Below, piece after piece: positions 21,103 through 31,490 of a stretch of DNA of 64,000 bases. The notes under the pieces are model-generated. The model saw only the letters and a list, made by a program, of their open reading frames with translations. It was not told the origin of the DNA and searched no databases. This DNA comes from an uncultured Methanosarcinaceae archaeon (GTDB taxonomy: Archaea; Halobacteriota; Methanosarcinia; Methanosarcinales; Methanosarcinaceae): the NCBI GenBank assembly GCA_963847185.1, contig CAWJYV010000001.1:270843-334842 (forward strand), written 5' to 3'. Positions within the stretch are counted from its first letter, which is position 1. Each line of letters begins with the position of its first letter. Both the position numbers and the translations under genes were made by a program.

Positions 21103-23388
21103 TTATAAGGGAATGATCTTAAGGGACCACCGGTTGAGCTTGCCCACATCCTCTCTAGCCAGATCTGCGACTTTCAAAGTCCATTTTCCCTTTATGGATT
21201 CTCCGGAAAGCTTTGCCAGGTCAGGAGTGGTGGAGGCAGAATAATTCTTTATAAGATTATTCTGTCCTGTCCCAAACCTGTTGTGCAAATCTATGCTGGT
21301 CCCTTTTGGTGACACAATGGTTGCCTTAAGGTCGCCTATGTATGTGTGTGTTATATCGACGGCTACTTCAACACTCTTTACCTGACCTGAAGCCTCAAAG
21401 GTAATCGATTTCGCGATCCCAATTTCATTGTTGTCCGGTATTTTCTCAGCCTCGGAATTTTCCGCCTCTATAACGTTACTCTCTGCATCTCTAATCTCGC
21501 GGTCCCGTCTAATCTTACTCCTGAGGGCCCAATTATTCAGGACTCCCTTATCTGATGCTGCAAGGTCCTGCACTAAAAGAACCCATTCTCCTTTCAGAGG
21601 CTTGCCTATCATGTTGCGAAGGTCCGGTGCCGAAGAGTCATCGAAAGTAGTCTTCAGGTTGTCGTTGCTGGCACCCTTCCTATCGTAAAGAAGTGCACGG
21701 TCTCCTGACGGAGAAATAAGTGTCACCTTCAAATCCCCACAGAACGGATGGGTTATATCGACGCTTACCTCTAATGATGAAACCACAGCATCTTCATCAA
21801 ACATTATCTTATCACTGACTCCGAGGGGATTATTATCGGGTATCGATTTTGCAGGACTTGAGACTCTATCGACCCAGTTCGAGTTATCCGAAAATCTAAA
21901 AATAATCTCTCTTCCCGCATCCCCAATATCTACAATCTCTAATCCAGAAGAGGTCCCATCCCACCATTTGCTACTAGGTTTTGTGGAGTCGCCGAACTTA
22001 GAGTTATTTATTTTATTGAACAAATCCTTTTCATCCCCGCCATTGGCATCATGCTCCAGGTGAAATTGGTTGTCTGCCTGGACGATAGCACACTCGTAAT
22101 GCTTATCGCAAGTCATTTGTTCGTTTTCATTGTTTCCCAGTTCGTCCACATGCCATATGGCGAGTCCGGAGGAAGGCAGGGATCTGTCCCTATTTTCACG
22201 GCATCTGCATTCGATTAAGTAGTATTCCGCTCGGTTTTTTACAGCTTTAAAGAATTCGTTAGTCCCGGCCCTGGCAGTATATACACCATCTGTGAGAATT
22301 GTTTCCTTGCTGGCCCAACCAGCTGCTGCTTTGAGGTAAGCACAAACTTGGACAGGATTTTTTTTGTTTGGCCCTCCGGAAGCCATGAGGCAATAATGGC
22401 CGACACCCCTTGACTGATATCCGTAGTCGTAGAGGTCAGGAAAATCACATATCATATGGCCGTTCTCGTGGCAGAATACTCCCAGAGTAAGCTCACTGCC
22501 CATATTGGTGATCTGGTAATCGTGGATTTTTCTTCCGTTCCCTACATTTAAAGGAGAAACTAAAGCCCAGGAATGAGGCCAGAGCCCTTCGTTCCAGTTA
22601 TTCGCAACAGGTCCTGCGTAAAATATATTCAGAGCATAAACGAACCCCTCGTTATCTGCGCTGAGACTGCCGAAATCAAAGCCCTTTGCCTTGAAATATT
22701 TGAGAGCTTCGAGGATTAGCTCCCGGGCTCTTTTTCCGATAGGTATGGCGGGATCGGTATAATAGGCTCTGGGATTTTTGGCGGTATAGTACGGTGTGAC
22801 TATGTTCGTATAATTCAGCTTCTCCCCTGAAATCTCGGAGAAATAATCATGGACAGACCCCGAATTTCCAAAGCCGATATAATCCTGCTTGTTGCAGAAA
22901 CCCTCTACCTCAGATTGGGGAATTGTGCCGGGTACGTCGGGAAACTGCACCAGAATGCAAAGTCCAAGATAATCGCCTTTCGTCTCCTTCTCAGGGGGAG
23001 CCGGAAGGATGCCTCGGGACATCACCGCCATTCTTTTCGCCTCTTTATTCTTCTGCCTTCTCTCCTCCCATCTTGTCGTGGCACCCAACCCGCGGGAGGC
23101 AGCCCTTGCCTGCTCCCTGGCTGCATCCTTTGATATCCTTATATGTTTCTCAATGCCTAGAGTAGCCGGATCTACAAGCCCGATTACTGCGCCTGTAGTT
23201 TCAAGGAAGCTCTCATCGGCTGATAGCTTTGCATATTGATAGTAGCCCGTAACCGGGTCCTTGACGACTGTAAACCCATCGAGTGTCTCGAAGACTGCGT
23301 GACTCTGGTTTCCCCAACCTTTAAGCTTGATATTAGTTCCGTCAGGTTGAGTGAATTCAAATTCTTCGTTGTAAAACGGACGTGGCAT
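21103..23388 (-). CDS. M6 family (immune inhibitor A-like) zinc metalloprotease with two C-terminal proprotein-convertase P domains
   Basis: QPDG prodomain, HENGH..CDFPDLYDY, CLMASG and GLAIWHVDE; two copies of IPDN..VDITH..GDLK..L.SP.G..G.W.L.V.D.A..D.G.LN.W.L; no signal peptide. Confidence 0.9.
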   Translation of the reverse strand: MPRPFYNEEFEFTQPDGTNIKLKGWGNQSHAVFETLDGFTVVKDPVTGYYQYAKLSADESFLETTGAVIGLVDPATLGIEKHIRISKDAAREQARAASRGLGATTRWEERRQKNKEAKRMAVMSRGILPAPPEKETKGDYLGLCILVQFPDVPGTIPQSEVEGFCNKQDYIGFGNSGSVHDYFSEISGEKLNYTNIVTPYYTAKNPRAYYTDPAIPIGKRARELILEALKYFKAKGFDFGSLSADNEGFVYALNIFYAGPVANNWNEGLWPHSWALVSPLNVGNGRKIHDYQITNMGSELTLGVFCHENGHMICDFPDLYDYGYQSRGVGHYCLMASGGPNKKNPVQVCAYLKAAAGWASKETILTDGVYTARAGTNEFFKAVKNRAEYYLIECRCRENRDRSLPSSGLAIWHVDELGNNENEQMTCDKHYECAIVQADNQFHLEHDANGGDEKDLFNKINNSKFGDSTKPSSKWWDGTSSGLEIVDIGDAGREIIFRFSDNSNWVDRVSSPAKSIPDNNPLGVSDKIMFDEDAVVSSLEVSVDITHPFCGDLKVTLISPSGDRALLYDRKGASNDNLKTTFDDSSAPDLRNMIGKPLKGEWVLLVQDLAASDKGVLNNWALRSKIRRDREIRDAESNVIEAENSEAEKIPDNNEIGIAKSITFEASGQVKSVEVAVDITHTYIGDLKATIVSPKGTSIDLHNRFGTGQNNLIKNYSASTTPDLAKLSGESIKGKWTLKVADLAREDVGKLNRWSLKIIPL

Positions 23389-23817
23389 ATTTGATACTCC
23401 TTTACTCCACTTACTAGAATCCCAGGTCTACCAGCTTATCCGAGTTATATAATTCAGAGCAGGCTGGTACACATTTATCATAAACACTGGGTTAGTACAG
23501 CACATTATCTTCGCAGAATGATATATATTTTTGTAGAATGATACGAAGTATCTTATCTTAATTTTTAGAGACATCTTTTTATAAAAACGACAAAGGATCT
23601 TATTCAGAAAACATTTTGTGACCCCTGAAATTTCTTGGTTATTACTGCACTTCCTCACTATCGGCAGTAGGTGGTCATGCAGGAGTTCAGTTAATAATTT
23701 ATAGAATCTCAGAACATATATTCTTTAATATTAATTTCCCTTAATATGGTTAGTACAATTAATCGTGGCAAAATTATGTGACAACCTTATAATATATTAG
23801 AGAAGAGAAAAACAGAT

Positions 23818-24040
23818 CTTCCTTTTCTTGATCTGCCTGTAGTAGGGCTTCTTTCAACTGCTGAGAAGTCATGTTAAAATCCATGCTTCCGAAAGTCTGA
23901 CTATTATCGGCTGGGTTTACTGGAACCTGTTGCCATTTTCCCTTACGGGTGGTGGCTTCTTGCCCATAATAGAAATGTTTACAAAAAAATCATTGATATG
24001 GATGTAAAAGTAAGCAGCAATTTTCGGAGCTAAAAAATTT
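23818..24040 (+). pseudogene. Decayed 3' fragment of a third copy of the 19419/20264 paralog
   Basis: CCGAAAGTCTGACTATTATCGGCTGGGT..GGAACCTGTT..TACGGGTGGTGGC..TTTACAAAAAAATCATTGATATGGAT matches ~20634-20830. Confidence 0.8.
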
Positions 24041-24120
24041 AACTGCAGATTACTGCAGTTTATCCTATAAAAAGTCCTGAAACTGGTATCTCAGATTGCT
24101 TAAACTTAGTTTGGAAAAAT

Positions 24121-25152
24121 TTATTCGAAAACTTTTGCGTCCACAACCACATGTAGAACACCGGGAGAATATTTCTTTATTCTGCGAGTCTCCAGGATTT
24201 CGACTTTTCTTCCCAGTGACTCGGCAGCTTTATTTATTCTTTCCTGAGGCCTTGTCCTGGCAAGATTTTCCGGAACTGTTTCATGATAATGCAGGACACC
24301 TCCACTTTTTTTCAGAGCCTTTATAGCAGATTCAAGATAGTGATGAGTGGTTCCCACATAACCCATTAATACGCGATCGGCTATCCCTTCCGGAGTGGAT
24401 TCAGAGCAGTCTCCACAAATAGGGACAATGATATCCTCTACATCATTTAACTTGATATTTTTCTCCAGGTAGGCAAAAGATTCAGGATTTATTTCAATGC
24501 TCATTATTTTTTTTGGCCTTGAGTGGACAGCCATGGGGATCGAGAAGTATCCTATTCCTGCAAACATGTCTACGACAAGCTCCCCTTTTCCCAACCTGCT
24601 CATCCTTTTTCTCTCTTCAAGGTTGCCTTTGGAATACATCACCTTTGTTACATCCTGATTGAAAAGGCAACCGTGCTCTTTATGGATGGTTTCCGTCCCG
24701 CTCCCGAGCAAAAGTTCTCTTTTTGGCTGGCGGAATTGCCCTTCTATCCCGAAATCTCTGACCACGCTCCTGCACTTTGGATGCAAGGAAAGCAGAGCTC
24801 TGGCTATAAGGAGTTTTTTTTCATCAAGGCTTTCAGGAATACTAACGATTATGATATCTCCCAAAATTTGCCAGCCTGATGGAACCACTTCCAGTTCTTT
24901 TTTTGAGAGATGCCCTTTCAGAGATTCCTTAAGAGACTTAGTCTCAGTTAGAAATTCAGGTTTTTCCTGTTCAATTACCGGAAAATCCCCTACTTTTTCT
25001 CCTGCAGCCTCAGTAACAGGAATTTCCAGAAAAGTATCTTCTGCGGTCTGGAGTTTTCGGATTTTTCTTGCAGTGTCCAGAAATTTTCCGTTGATTGCTT
25101 TTTCCCTGATTTCTTCCCCTTTTTCCGGGGGAACCCGAATTATTCTGTACAT
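24121..25152 (-). CDS. Met-10+/Trm5-TYW2 (Taw2-like) SAM-dependent tRNA modification transferase
   Basis: VMYSKGNLEER, VVDMFAGIGYF, EINP, DRVLMG, LHYHE and IKKYSPGV.HVVVD motifs. Confidence 0.88.
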   Translation of the reverse strand: MYRIIRVPPEKGEEIREKAINGKFLDTARKIRKLQTAEDTFLEIPVTEAAGEKVGDFPVIEQEKPEFLTETKSLKESLKGHLSKKELEVVPSGWQILGDIIIVSIPESLDEKKLLIARALLSLHPKCRSVVRDFGIEGQFRQPKRELLLGSGTETIHKEHGCLFNQDVTKVMYSKGNLEERKRMSRLGKGELVVDMFAGIGYFSIPMAVHSRPKKIMSIEINPESFAYLEKNIKLNDVEDIIVPICGDCSESTPEGIADRVLMGYVGTTHHYLESAIKALKKSGGVLHYHETVPENLARTRPQERINKAAESLGRKVEILETRRIKKYSPGVLHVVVDAKVFE

Positions 25153-25611
25153 TGGAATTGAAGGATAGCATGCATGGAATTAATGTTTTGTGTTTGAATT
25201 CTATGTAAATCAATTAGCATAAACATTACAGACATAACTTGAAGTATGGATTACATATTGAAAAAATAAATAAACAAAAAAGTATAAATAATCAAAGAAA
25301 GTACATATCTTAACCTGGTGAGGTATCCGTTTAGAGGACATTATGCTTTTTGGCCTTCTGGAGCGAGCAATAGGGCGATGAAAACTCCTATGATCAGTTT
25401 ATGCTGTAAATTTCAATAAAGGTAATTATTTTTTTATAATTTTTCCTATTAATCGGAAAATAATGCAGATAAATCGTAGTCTAAGGCGGGCATAATTGAG
25501 AATTTTTTATTAGTCCTGACTGGAGTTTGATTATTTCCTAAACCAAGGGTTATTTTTAAAGATAAGTATTGGAAAGGAGGCTACTCCATATTCGTATGTG
25601 AGTGTGGGAAA

Positions 25612-25944
25612 TTGGTAAGGGAAGGACTACAGGAAGACACATTCAAAGATTATATTAAGACATCCCTAAATCCATCTACCAGAACTATAGGACACAGGAA
25701 ATGCGGGCTCATTTTTAATTTTGTGGATGGAAACTGGCCAAAAAAGTACTCTACAAGAAAAGAATTGAAAATTTTGGCAGCAACATTTGCAGAATGCAAT
25801 AAATTATCTTCCGAAATAGTTGCAAAATTTCTGCTAGAGGTAGATAGGCTAAAGTCTTGTGGTAAACTTTCTGATGATAGAATTCTTGTATATGCGTATC
25901 AGAGTGTTCTGGAAATTGAAAGCACCGATAAGCCAGTTTCATAG
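25612..25944 (+). CDS. Small hypothetical protein at the head of the eCIS locus
   Basis: 110-aa ORF (TTG start) ending just before the ATPase; no family recognised. Confidence 0.45.
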   Translation: MVREGLQEDTFKDYIKTSLNPSTRTIGHRKCGLIFNFVDGNWPKKYSTRKELKILAATFAECNKLSSEIVAKFLLEVDRLKSCGKLSDDRILVYAYQSVLEIESTDKPVS

Positions 25945-25990
25945 ATTGGAAGTCTGATTTCAAAAAAGATGGTATTGTTTGCTATCCAAT

Positions 25991-28183
25991 ATGAAGCCAT
26001 ATGCCGATAATCTCGAACATCTTCTGGACGAACTTTCCAGAATAGATTTGCTAATACAAAGTTACGTTGATAGTTTTAGAGAAGAATTTCCTGAGACTGG
26101 AGACGAATTTAGAGGTCTTTATATATCAGAAGCTGAAATCGACCAGATCCAAAAAAATCCAGGTATTAGAAGCAAAAAGGGAAAATTGCAAGAGGTAAAA
26201 ATTGAAAAGTTTACGGAAATTGATTCAGTAAGAAATAAAATTAATGCCAAAAAAGAAGAAAGCCTTAAAAAAGGTATTGAACTAAGACTTCATATTCTTT
26301 CGGAACTTTTTTGTCTTGATTCTTTCGAGATAGATATTCTTTTAATCGGGCTTGCCCCGGAACTGGACCTCAAATATGAAAAGCTTTATTCATATCTTCA
26401 AAATGACGTGATGAAAAAAAAGCCGACCATAGATCTGATTCTGACTTTTCTCTTCCCAATAATCGAGGAAAAAATCAAAGCTAGAGCCTATTTTTCACCT
26501 TCTTCCTCCCTTCGAAAAAACCAGCTGATTCATCTATTGGATGGAGAAGCAAACTCAGGTTCCTCCCTGATATCTAACTCTATCAAAATCGATGAAAGAA
26601 TAATTAATTTTTTACTCGGGTTTGATGAGCTTGATCCAGGAATTCGGGATTCTTGTTATGTGATAAAGCCTGAAAAATCTTTTGATTACCTGATTCTGCC
26701 TGAGGATTTAAAAAGTAAGCTAGTAAAAATGGTAAGCTGGTACAGGGGAAACAGGTTTCCAATGAAGCTTTTGCTTTGCGGTACTTCAGGAAGTGGAAAA
26801 AAAACTGCCGCAGAAGCTGTCTGCAGGGAGACAGGAGCAAACCTTTTAATAGTGGATTCAAAAGTCCTGCTAGAAGGCAAGTCGATAGATACTGCAAATC
26901 TCATAATGCGAGAATCACTCCTGCAAAATTATGTGCTATATTTTCAAGCTTTTGATGTGTTTCTCGAAGACAAAGAAACAATAAATTATTCTGAAATTCT
27001 CATTCAGGCTCTAAAGGCCTTCCCTGGATGGATATTTTTAGCAGGAAAAAAACCTATGGAATTTGATAAAGATTTGATAAATAACGGTTTCGTCCCTTGT
27101 TCCTTTCCTCTGCCTTCATACTCGGTTCGTAAACAGTTATGGGAATCCTGCCTGAAAAATTATAAATTGGCCGAAGGGGTGGGCTTGAATGCGCTTGCGA
27201 GCAAATTCAAATTTAATGGCGGTCAAATAATAGATGCTGCCCGCACAGCATGCAGTTTTGCAGGAGAAAAAAATCCTGCTAGCCCGGTATTATCAATGGA
27301 AGAGCTCTATAAAGGCTGCAAAATACAGACTCACCACAAACTCAACTCCTTTGCCCTGAGAACCAGTCCGCATTATAAATGGGAAGATATTGTCCTTCCG
27401 AAAGACACTATGGAGCATTTAAAAGAGATTTCCAGCTTTATCAAATATAAAGGAAAGGTGCATTCCGACTGGGGCTTTGAAAAAAAATTATCTCTAGGAA
27501 AAGGCTTGAATGTTCTTTTTTCAGGTCCTCCCGGAACCGGAAAAACTATGGCTGCAGAAATTCTCGCAAATGAGGTAAAGCTTGATCTTTACAAAATTGA
27601 CCTTTCCAGTGTGGTCAGCAAGTACATAGGTGAGACAGAGAAAAATCTGAAGAAGATCTTTGATGAAGCTGAAACAAGCAATTCAATCCTCTTCTTTGAT
27701 GAAGCCGATGCCCTCTTTGGAAAACGTTCTGAAGTTAAGGATGCTCATGATAGGTATGCCAACATAGAGATCAGTTACCTGCTTCAAAAGATGGAAGAGT
27801 ATGAAGGAATTGTTATACTTGCGACAAACCTGCACGGAAATATCGATGATGCTTTTCTGAGGAGAATGCAATTTGTTATAGAGTTTCCATTCCCTGATGA
27901 AAAACTGCGATTGCAGATATGGACCAGGATTTTTCCGGAAGATGCGCCTCTTGCTAAGGATGTAAATTACAAGTTTTTCTCAGATAAATTAAAACTTGCT
28001 GGAGGAAATATTAAAAATATTGCACTTGCGGCGGCATTTCAAGCTGCAGAGGGGTCTTGCGATATCGGGATGCGTCAACTCATGCATGCTACAAAAAGAG
28101 AATATCAGAAAATCGGAAAACCTTTTTTGAAGGTAGACTTTGAGCCATATTACAAACTGATAGAATCGGAGGAGGTGCAATGA
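25991..28183 (+). CDS. eCIS AAA+ ATPase (Afp15/Pvc15-like) with N-terminal winged-helix-like region
   Basis: Degenerate first P-loop GTSGSGKK; second module GPPGTGKT, VVSKYIGETEKNL, LFFDEADALFGKR, DRYAN.E.SYLLQ and LATN. Confidence 0.92.
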   Translation: MKPYADNLEHLLDELSRIDLLIQSYVDSFREEFPETGDEFRGLYISEAEIDQIQKNPGIRSKKGKLQEVKIEKFTEIDSVRNKINAKKEESLKKGIELRLHILSELFCLDSFEIDILLIGLAPELDLKYEKLYSYLQNDVMKKKPTIDLILTFLFPIIEEKIKARAYFSPSSSLRKNQLIHLLDGEANSGSSLISNSIKIDERIINFLLGFDELDPGIRDSCYVIKPEKSFDYLILPEDLKSKLVKMVSWYRGNRFPMKLLLCGTSGSGKKTAAEAVCRETGANLLIVDSKVLLEGKSIDTANLIMRESLLQNYVLYFQAFDVFLEDKETINYSEILIQALKAFPGWIFLAGKKPMEFDKDLINNGFVPCSFPLPSYSVRKQLWESCLKNYKLAEGVGLNALASKFKFNGGQIIDAARTACSFAGEKNPASPVLSMEELYKGCKIQTHHKLNSFALRTSPHYKWEDIVLPKDTMEHLKEISSFIKYKGKVHSDWGFEKKLSLGKGLNVLFSGPPGTGKTMAAEILANEVKLDLYKIDLSSVVSKYIGETEKNLKKIFDEAETSNSILFFDEADALFGKRSEVKDAHDRYANIEISYLLQKMEEYEGIVILATNLHGNIDDAFLRRMQFVIEFPFPDEKLRLQIWTRIFPEDAPLAKDVNYKFFSDKLKLAGGNIKNIALAAAFQAAEGSCDIGMRQLMHATKREYQKIGKPFLKVDFEPYYKLIESEEVQ

Positions 28184-28755
28184 CAGTCTTAAGAGATGTA
28201 GGTATTACATTAAGGGAACTTATCCAGTCGAAGATTCCTGAACTTAAGGTCAACCAAAATTCGGTGGTCTTTGAATCTCCTGCAGATATTGTGCCAACAG
28301 GCAGCACAATAATGTCCGTATTTCTATATCAGATTGTAGAGAACGGTTTCTTGAGAAATATAGAACCTGAACCAATTGATATAACTCAAATGAAATACCC
28401 GCCTTTGACTCTTGATTTGTATTATATGTTCACTCCTTACGCTAAGGACAGAGAAACTGAGCTTCTGATCATGGAAGAACTTATGCAGTTCTTCCATGAT
28501 ACTTCTGTTTTAAAAGGAAACGTGCTTCAAGGTAACCTGGTAGCAGCGGGAAACAACGAAATAAGAATTATTCCCAATAATTTCACATTTGAGGAAATCA
28601 ACAAACTATGGGAAAGATTCCCTAACAAATCATACAAGCTATCAGCGTCCTATATTCTCAGCCCTGTTAGAATTCCATCAGCAAAAGACCCAGCCAAAAT
28701 TACAAGGGTTGTTAAAAAGGAAATTAACGTGTACAGGCAGGAGGTTGACATATGA
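28180..28755 (+). CDS. DUF4255 / Pvc16-Afp16-like tail terminator (cap)
   Basis: FLYQIVEN..LRN, PPL.LDLYYM.T and LW..F...YKLS.SY; overlaps the ATPase stop. Confidence 0.85.
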   Translation: MTVLRDVGITLRELIQSKIPELKVNQNSVVFESPADIVPTGSTIMSVFLYQIVENGFLRNIEPEPIDITQMKYPPLTLDLYYMFTPYAKDRETELLIMEELMQFFHDTSVLKGNVLQGNLVAAGNNEIRIIPNNFTFEEINKLWERFPNKSYKLSASYILSPVRIPSAKDPAKITRVVKKEINVYRQEVDI

Positions 28756-29084
28756 TCTTCCTCGAAAGGATAGAATCAAACCTTACTCTGGCAGTCTTGT
28801 TAAAGGATGATTTGTCCCCTGATAAAAAAGCCTTTGGAAATTTGTTCTTAAGTGTTCCGAGTAAAAGAAAAGATATTATCAGGAGCAATACCGGACATTT
28901 TCTTTTAATAGACCTCCCTGAGATAAATCAGACTATTACCGGCGGCGGGGAGTACTATAATAACTGTAGCCTCGCGATTGATTACACACATGGGAAGTTG
29001 TATGCTGACAATAACGAGGTTGATCCTAAAAATCCTGTAGTCAGTATAACTTTGAGTCCAAAATCCAATTATCCTTTTCCATAA
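28752..29084 (+). CDS. Hypothetical eCIS-associated beta-sandwich protein, possibly C-terminally truncated
   Basis: Translationally coupled to DUF4255; N.TG.F...DLP and L.P...YPFP, with a stop immediately after YPFP. Confidence 0.55.
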   Translation: MIFLERIESNLTLAVLLKDDLSPDKKAFGNLFLSVPSKRKDIIRSNTGHFLLIDLPEINQTITGGGEYYNNCSLAIDYTHGKLYADNNEVDPKNPVVSITLSPKSNYPFP

Positions 29085-29214
29085 GGACTGTGCCTCCGGA
29101 TATTAAAAAGATAGGTATAAACCTACAAAGCAGGCCGTTCCTTTGAAAAAGGGGCTAACTACACATGCTGATACATCAATACTTACCAAACCGTAGGAGG
29201 TGTTTTAACAAATA

Positions 29215-29331
29215 TAGGACTTACGCAGTTGAGGTTCAAAATCAAGGCAACAGACATCATTGCCAAATCTATGATTTAGACAGTTGAAGGTTCAACGCCT
29301 TTGATTATTCAGTTCAACTGCGTAAATCCTA
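29215..29331. mobile_element. 117-bp MITE (TAGGACTTACGCA-type TIR family), copy 2
   Basis: TIRs TAGGACTTACGCAGTTGA / TCAACTGCGTAAATCCTA; 5-bp TSD AAATA (29210-29214 / 29332-29336). Confidence 0.9.
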
Positions 29332-29615
29332 AAATATTGGTAGCATTATATCAAGATTTTAAGAAAAATATCGATTTTAGCAGATGGGCAGTATTATATA
29401 GAATACTACACCCGTTACAAGAGTACACTCTTACGTTTGATATATAATATGACACTTTAACGAATTTACCTTAATTTTCTATTTTTAAACTTTCTACTTT
29501 TTGGTTAAATATTGAGTTTACAGAGAGAATTCTATATTCAATACAATTCATTCCCATGACTGTACAGGAAATTTAAAGGAATTAAACATCTTTAATTTGA
29601 TAAAGGAGGTATAAT

Positions 29616-31466
29616 ATGACTGAATATCTTTCACCAGGAGTATATGTCGAGGAAAAGTCCTCCGGGGTAAAGCCTATTGAAGGCGTCGGCACTTCGACCG
29701 GGGCTTTTGTTGGAATTGCAGAAAAAGGACCGGTAGGAGAAGCAAACCTGATTGCAAATTGGACTCAGTTTGTTAATAAGTACGGAGCCTTTACTGACAA
29801 AGCATATCTGGCATATGCAGTTTATCAGTTCTTTGCAGAAGGAGGAACTCGATGCTATGTAGTAAGGACATGCCATTATACGGATATAACGAACAAATCT
29901 TCAAAGACAACTAAGGCTGCAACAGCGACCCTGAACGATAGCGCTGCTTCTCCTGCAGCATCTTTAAAATTCACGGCATTGGAAGAAGGTACATGGGGCG
30001 AAAAAATTACCATCGAAGCAAAAGATGCCACTGATACTACCCTAACAAGTGGATTCAAGCTGGTTGTAAAATATGATGAAGATGAGCAAGAGTCCTTCGA
30101 TAATCTTACGATGGGAAATGTCCTGGACGAAGTAAAGAGCTCAGCGTATATCAAAGTTGAAAAGGTAGGAACTACTGCTCCCAAGAAAGGTACATCTGTG
30201 ACCCTTAAAGGCGGAAGTAACGGTGCCGCCGCCCGTTCAACAGGAAACTTGAACGATAGCGCTACTCCTGCTGTAGGATCGCTGAAATTCACAGCGTTGA
30301 ATGATGGTGCTTGGGGTGATAAAATTTCCATCGAAGCAAAAAGCGCCACTGATACTGCACTAGCAAATGGATTCAAGCTGGTTGTAAAATTTGAAGGTAT
30401 TGAGCAGGAGTCCTTTGATAACCTTACAATGGAAAATGTATTGGAAAAAGTAAAAAGTTCGGCATATATCAAAGTTGAAAAGATAGGATCTACTCCCAAT
30501 GCTCCCAAAAAAGATACATCTGTGACTCTTAAAGACGCAAATGCCTCCTCTCTTATTGTAGCGGATTTTGAAGGCGATGCAAAGGCAGGAAACGGTCTCC
30601 ATGCGTTCGATGTGGTAGATGATATCAATATCGTTGCCATGCCGGATAGTGCAAATATTCTCACTACTGCTGCGAATAAATTTGGACCTAGAAACGCTAT
30701 TATAAAGGGTTATAGTTACTGCCAGAACAGGGGGGATTGCTTCTTTATTGCGGATTCACCAAAGGAACTTAGTCCTACTCAAGTTAAGGATTTTAAAGAG
30801 GCAAAGGGAGATTATAACGGACAAAACTCGTTTAACTCTTCATTTGCAGCTCTCTACTACCCATGGGTCTATATAAGTGATCCACTAGGTGGAACGAAAT
30901 TAGTTCCCCCATCAGGTGCAGTTGCTGGAACATATGCCCATACAGATTCAGTGAGGGGAGTACATAAAGCACCCGCAGGAACTTCGGAAGGTTATCTTGA
31001 TTCTGTAAGCGGTATAGAAAGGATTATTACAAAAAGTGAACATGATACTTTGAACCAACCAGGGATAAATGTCATTCGTTCGTTCCCGACAGCAGGGATA
31101 TGCATATGGGGGGCACGGACACTATCCTCCGACTCTGAATGGAAGTATATAAACATTAGAAGATTATTTCTTTTCCTGGAAGAATCCCTTGACGAGGCTA
31201 CCCAGTGGGTAGTATTTGAGCCTAATTCCCCAGCTCTGTGGGGCTCGATAATAAGAAATATAACCGCTTTTTTGCTAAGGGTTTGGAGAGACGGAGCTCT
31301 GTACGGGGCTACACCTGAAGAAGCTTTTTTTGTCAAAGTTGATGAAGAGAACAATCCGGAAGAAGTAAGGAATGTCGGGCAGCTGGTCATTGAAGTCGGA
31401 GTAGCACCTGTAAGACCTGCGGAATTCGTAATAATCAGAATCAAGCAGAAGACTCAGTCAAAATAA
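29616..31466 (+). CDS. Contractile tail sheath protein with a tandemly duplicated ~97-aa insertion domain
   Basis: YLSPGVYVEE, AFVG, AALYYPW, VPPSGAVAG, GVHKAPA, GINVIR, WGARTL, YINIRR, WVVFEPN and PVRPAEF; strong AAGGAGGT RBS. Confidence 0.96.
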   Translation: MTEYLSPGVYVEEKSSGVKPIEGVGTSTGAFVGIAEKGPVGEANLIANWTQFVNKYGAFTDKAYLAYAVYQFFAEGGTRCYVVRTCHYTDITNKSSKTTKAATATLNDSAASPAASLKFTALEEGTWGEKITIEAKDATDTTLTSGFKLVVKYDEDEQESFDNLTMGNVLDEVKSSAYIKVEKVGTTAPKKGTSVTLKGGSNGAAARSTGNLNDSATPAVGSLKFTALNDGAWGDKISIEAKSATDTALANGFKLVVKFEGIEQESFDNLTMENVLEKVKSSAYIKVEKIGSTPNAPKKDTSVTLKDANASSLIVADFEGDAKAGNGLHAFDVVDDINIVAMPDSANILTTAANKFGPRNAIIKGYSYCQNRGDCFFIADSPKELSPTQVKDFKEAKGDYNGQNSFNSSFAALYYPWVYISDPLGGTKLVPPSGAVAGTYAHTDSVRGVHKAPAGTSEGYLDSVSGIERIITKSEHDTLNQPGINVIRSFPTAGICIWGARTLSSDSEWKYINIRRLFLFLEESLDEATQWVVFEPNSPALWGSIIRNITAFLLRVWRDGALYGATPEEAFFVKVDEENNPEEVRNVGQLVIEVGVAPVRPAEFVIIRIKQKTQSK

Positions 31467-31490
31467 CTGTAAATTAAGGAGGAATACATT

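Noticed and set aside
29876-30664. Long antisense ORFs (e.g. 262 aa opposite the sheath; also 24659, 36612, 54099)
   Set aside because: Shadow frames of well-supported genes on the other strand, with no motifs or RBS.
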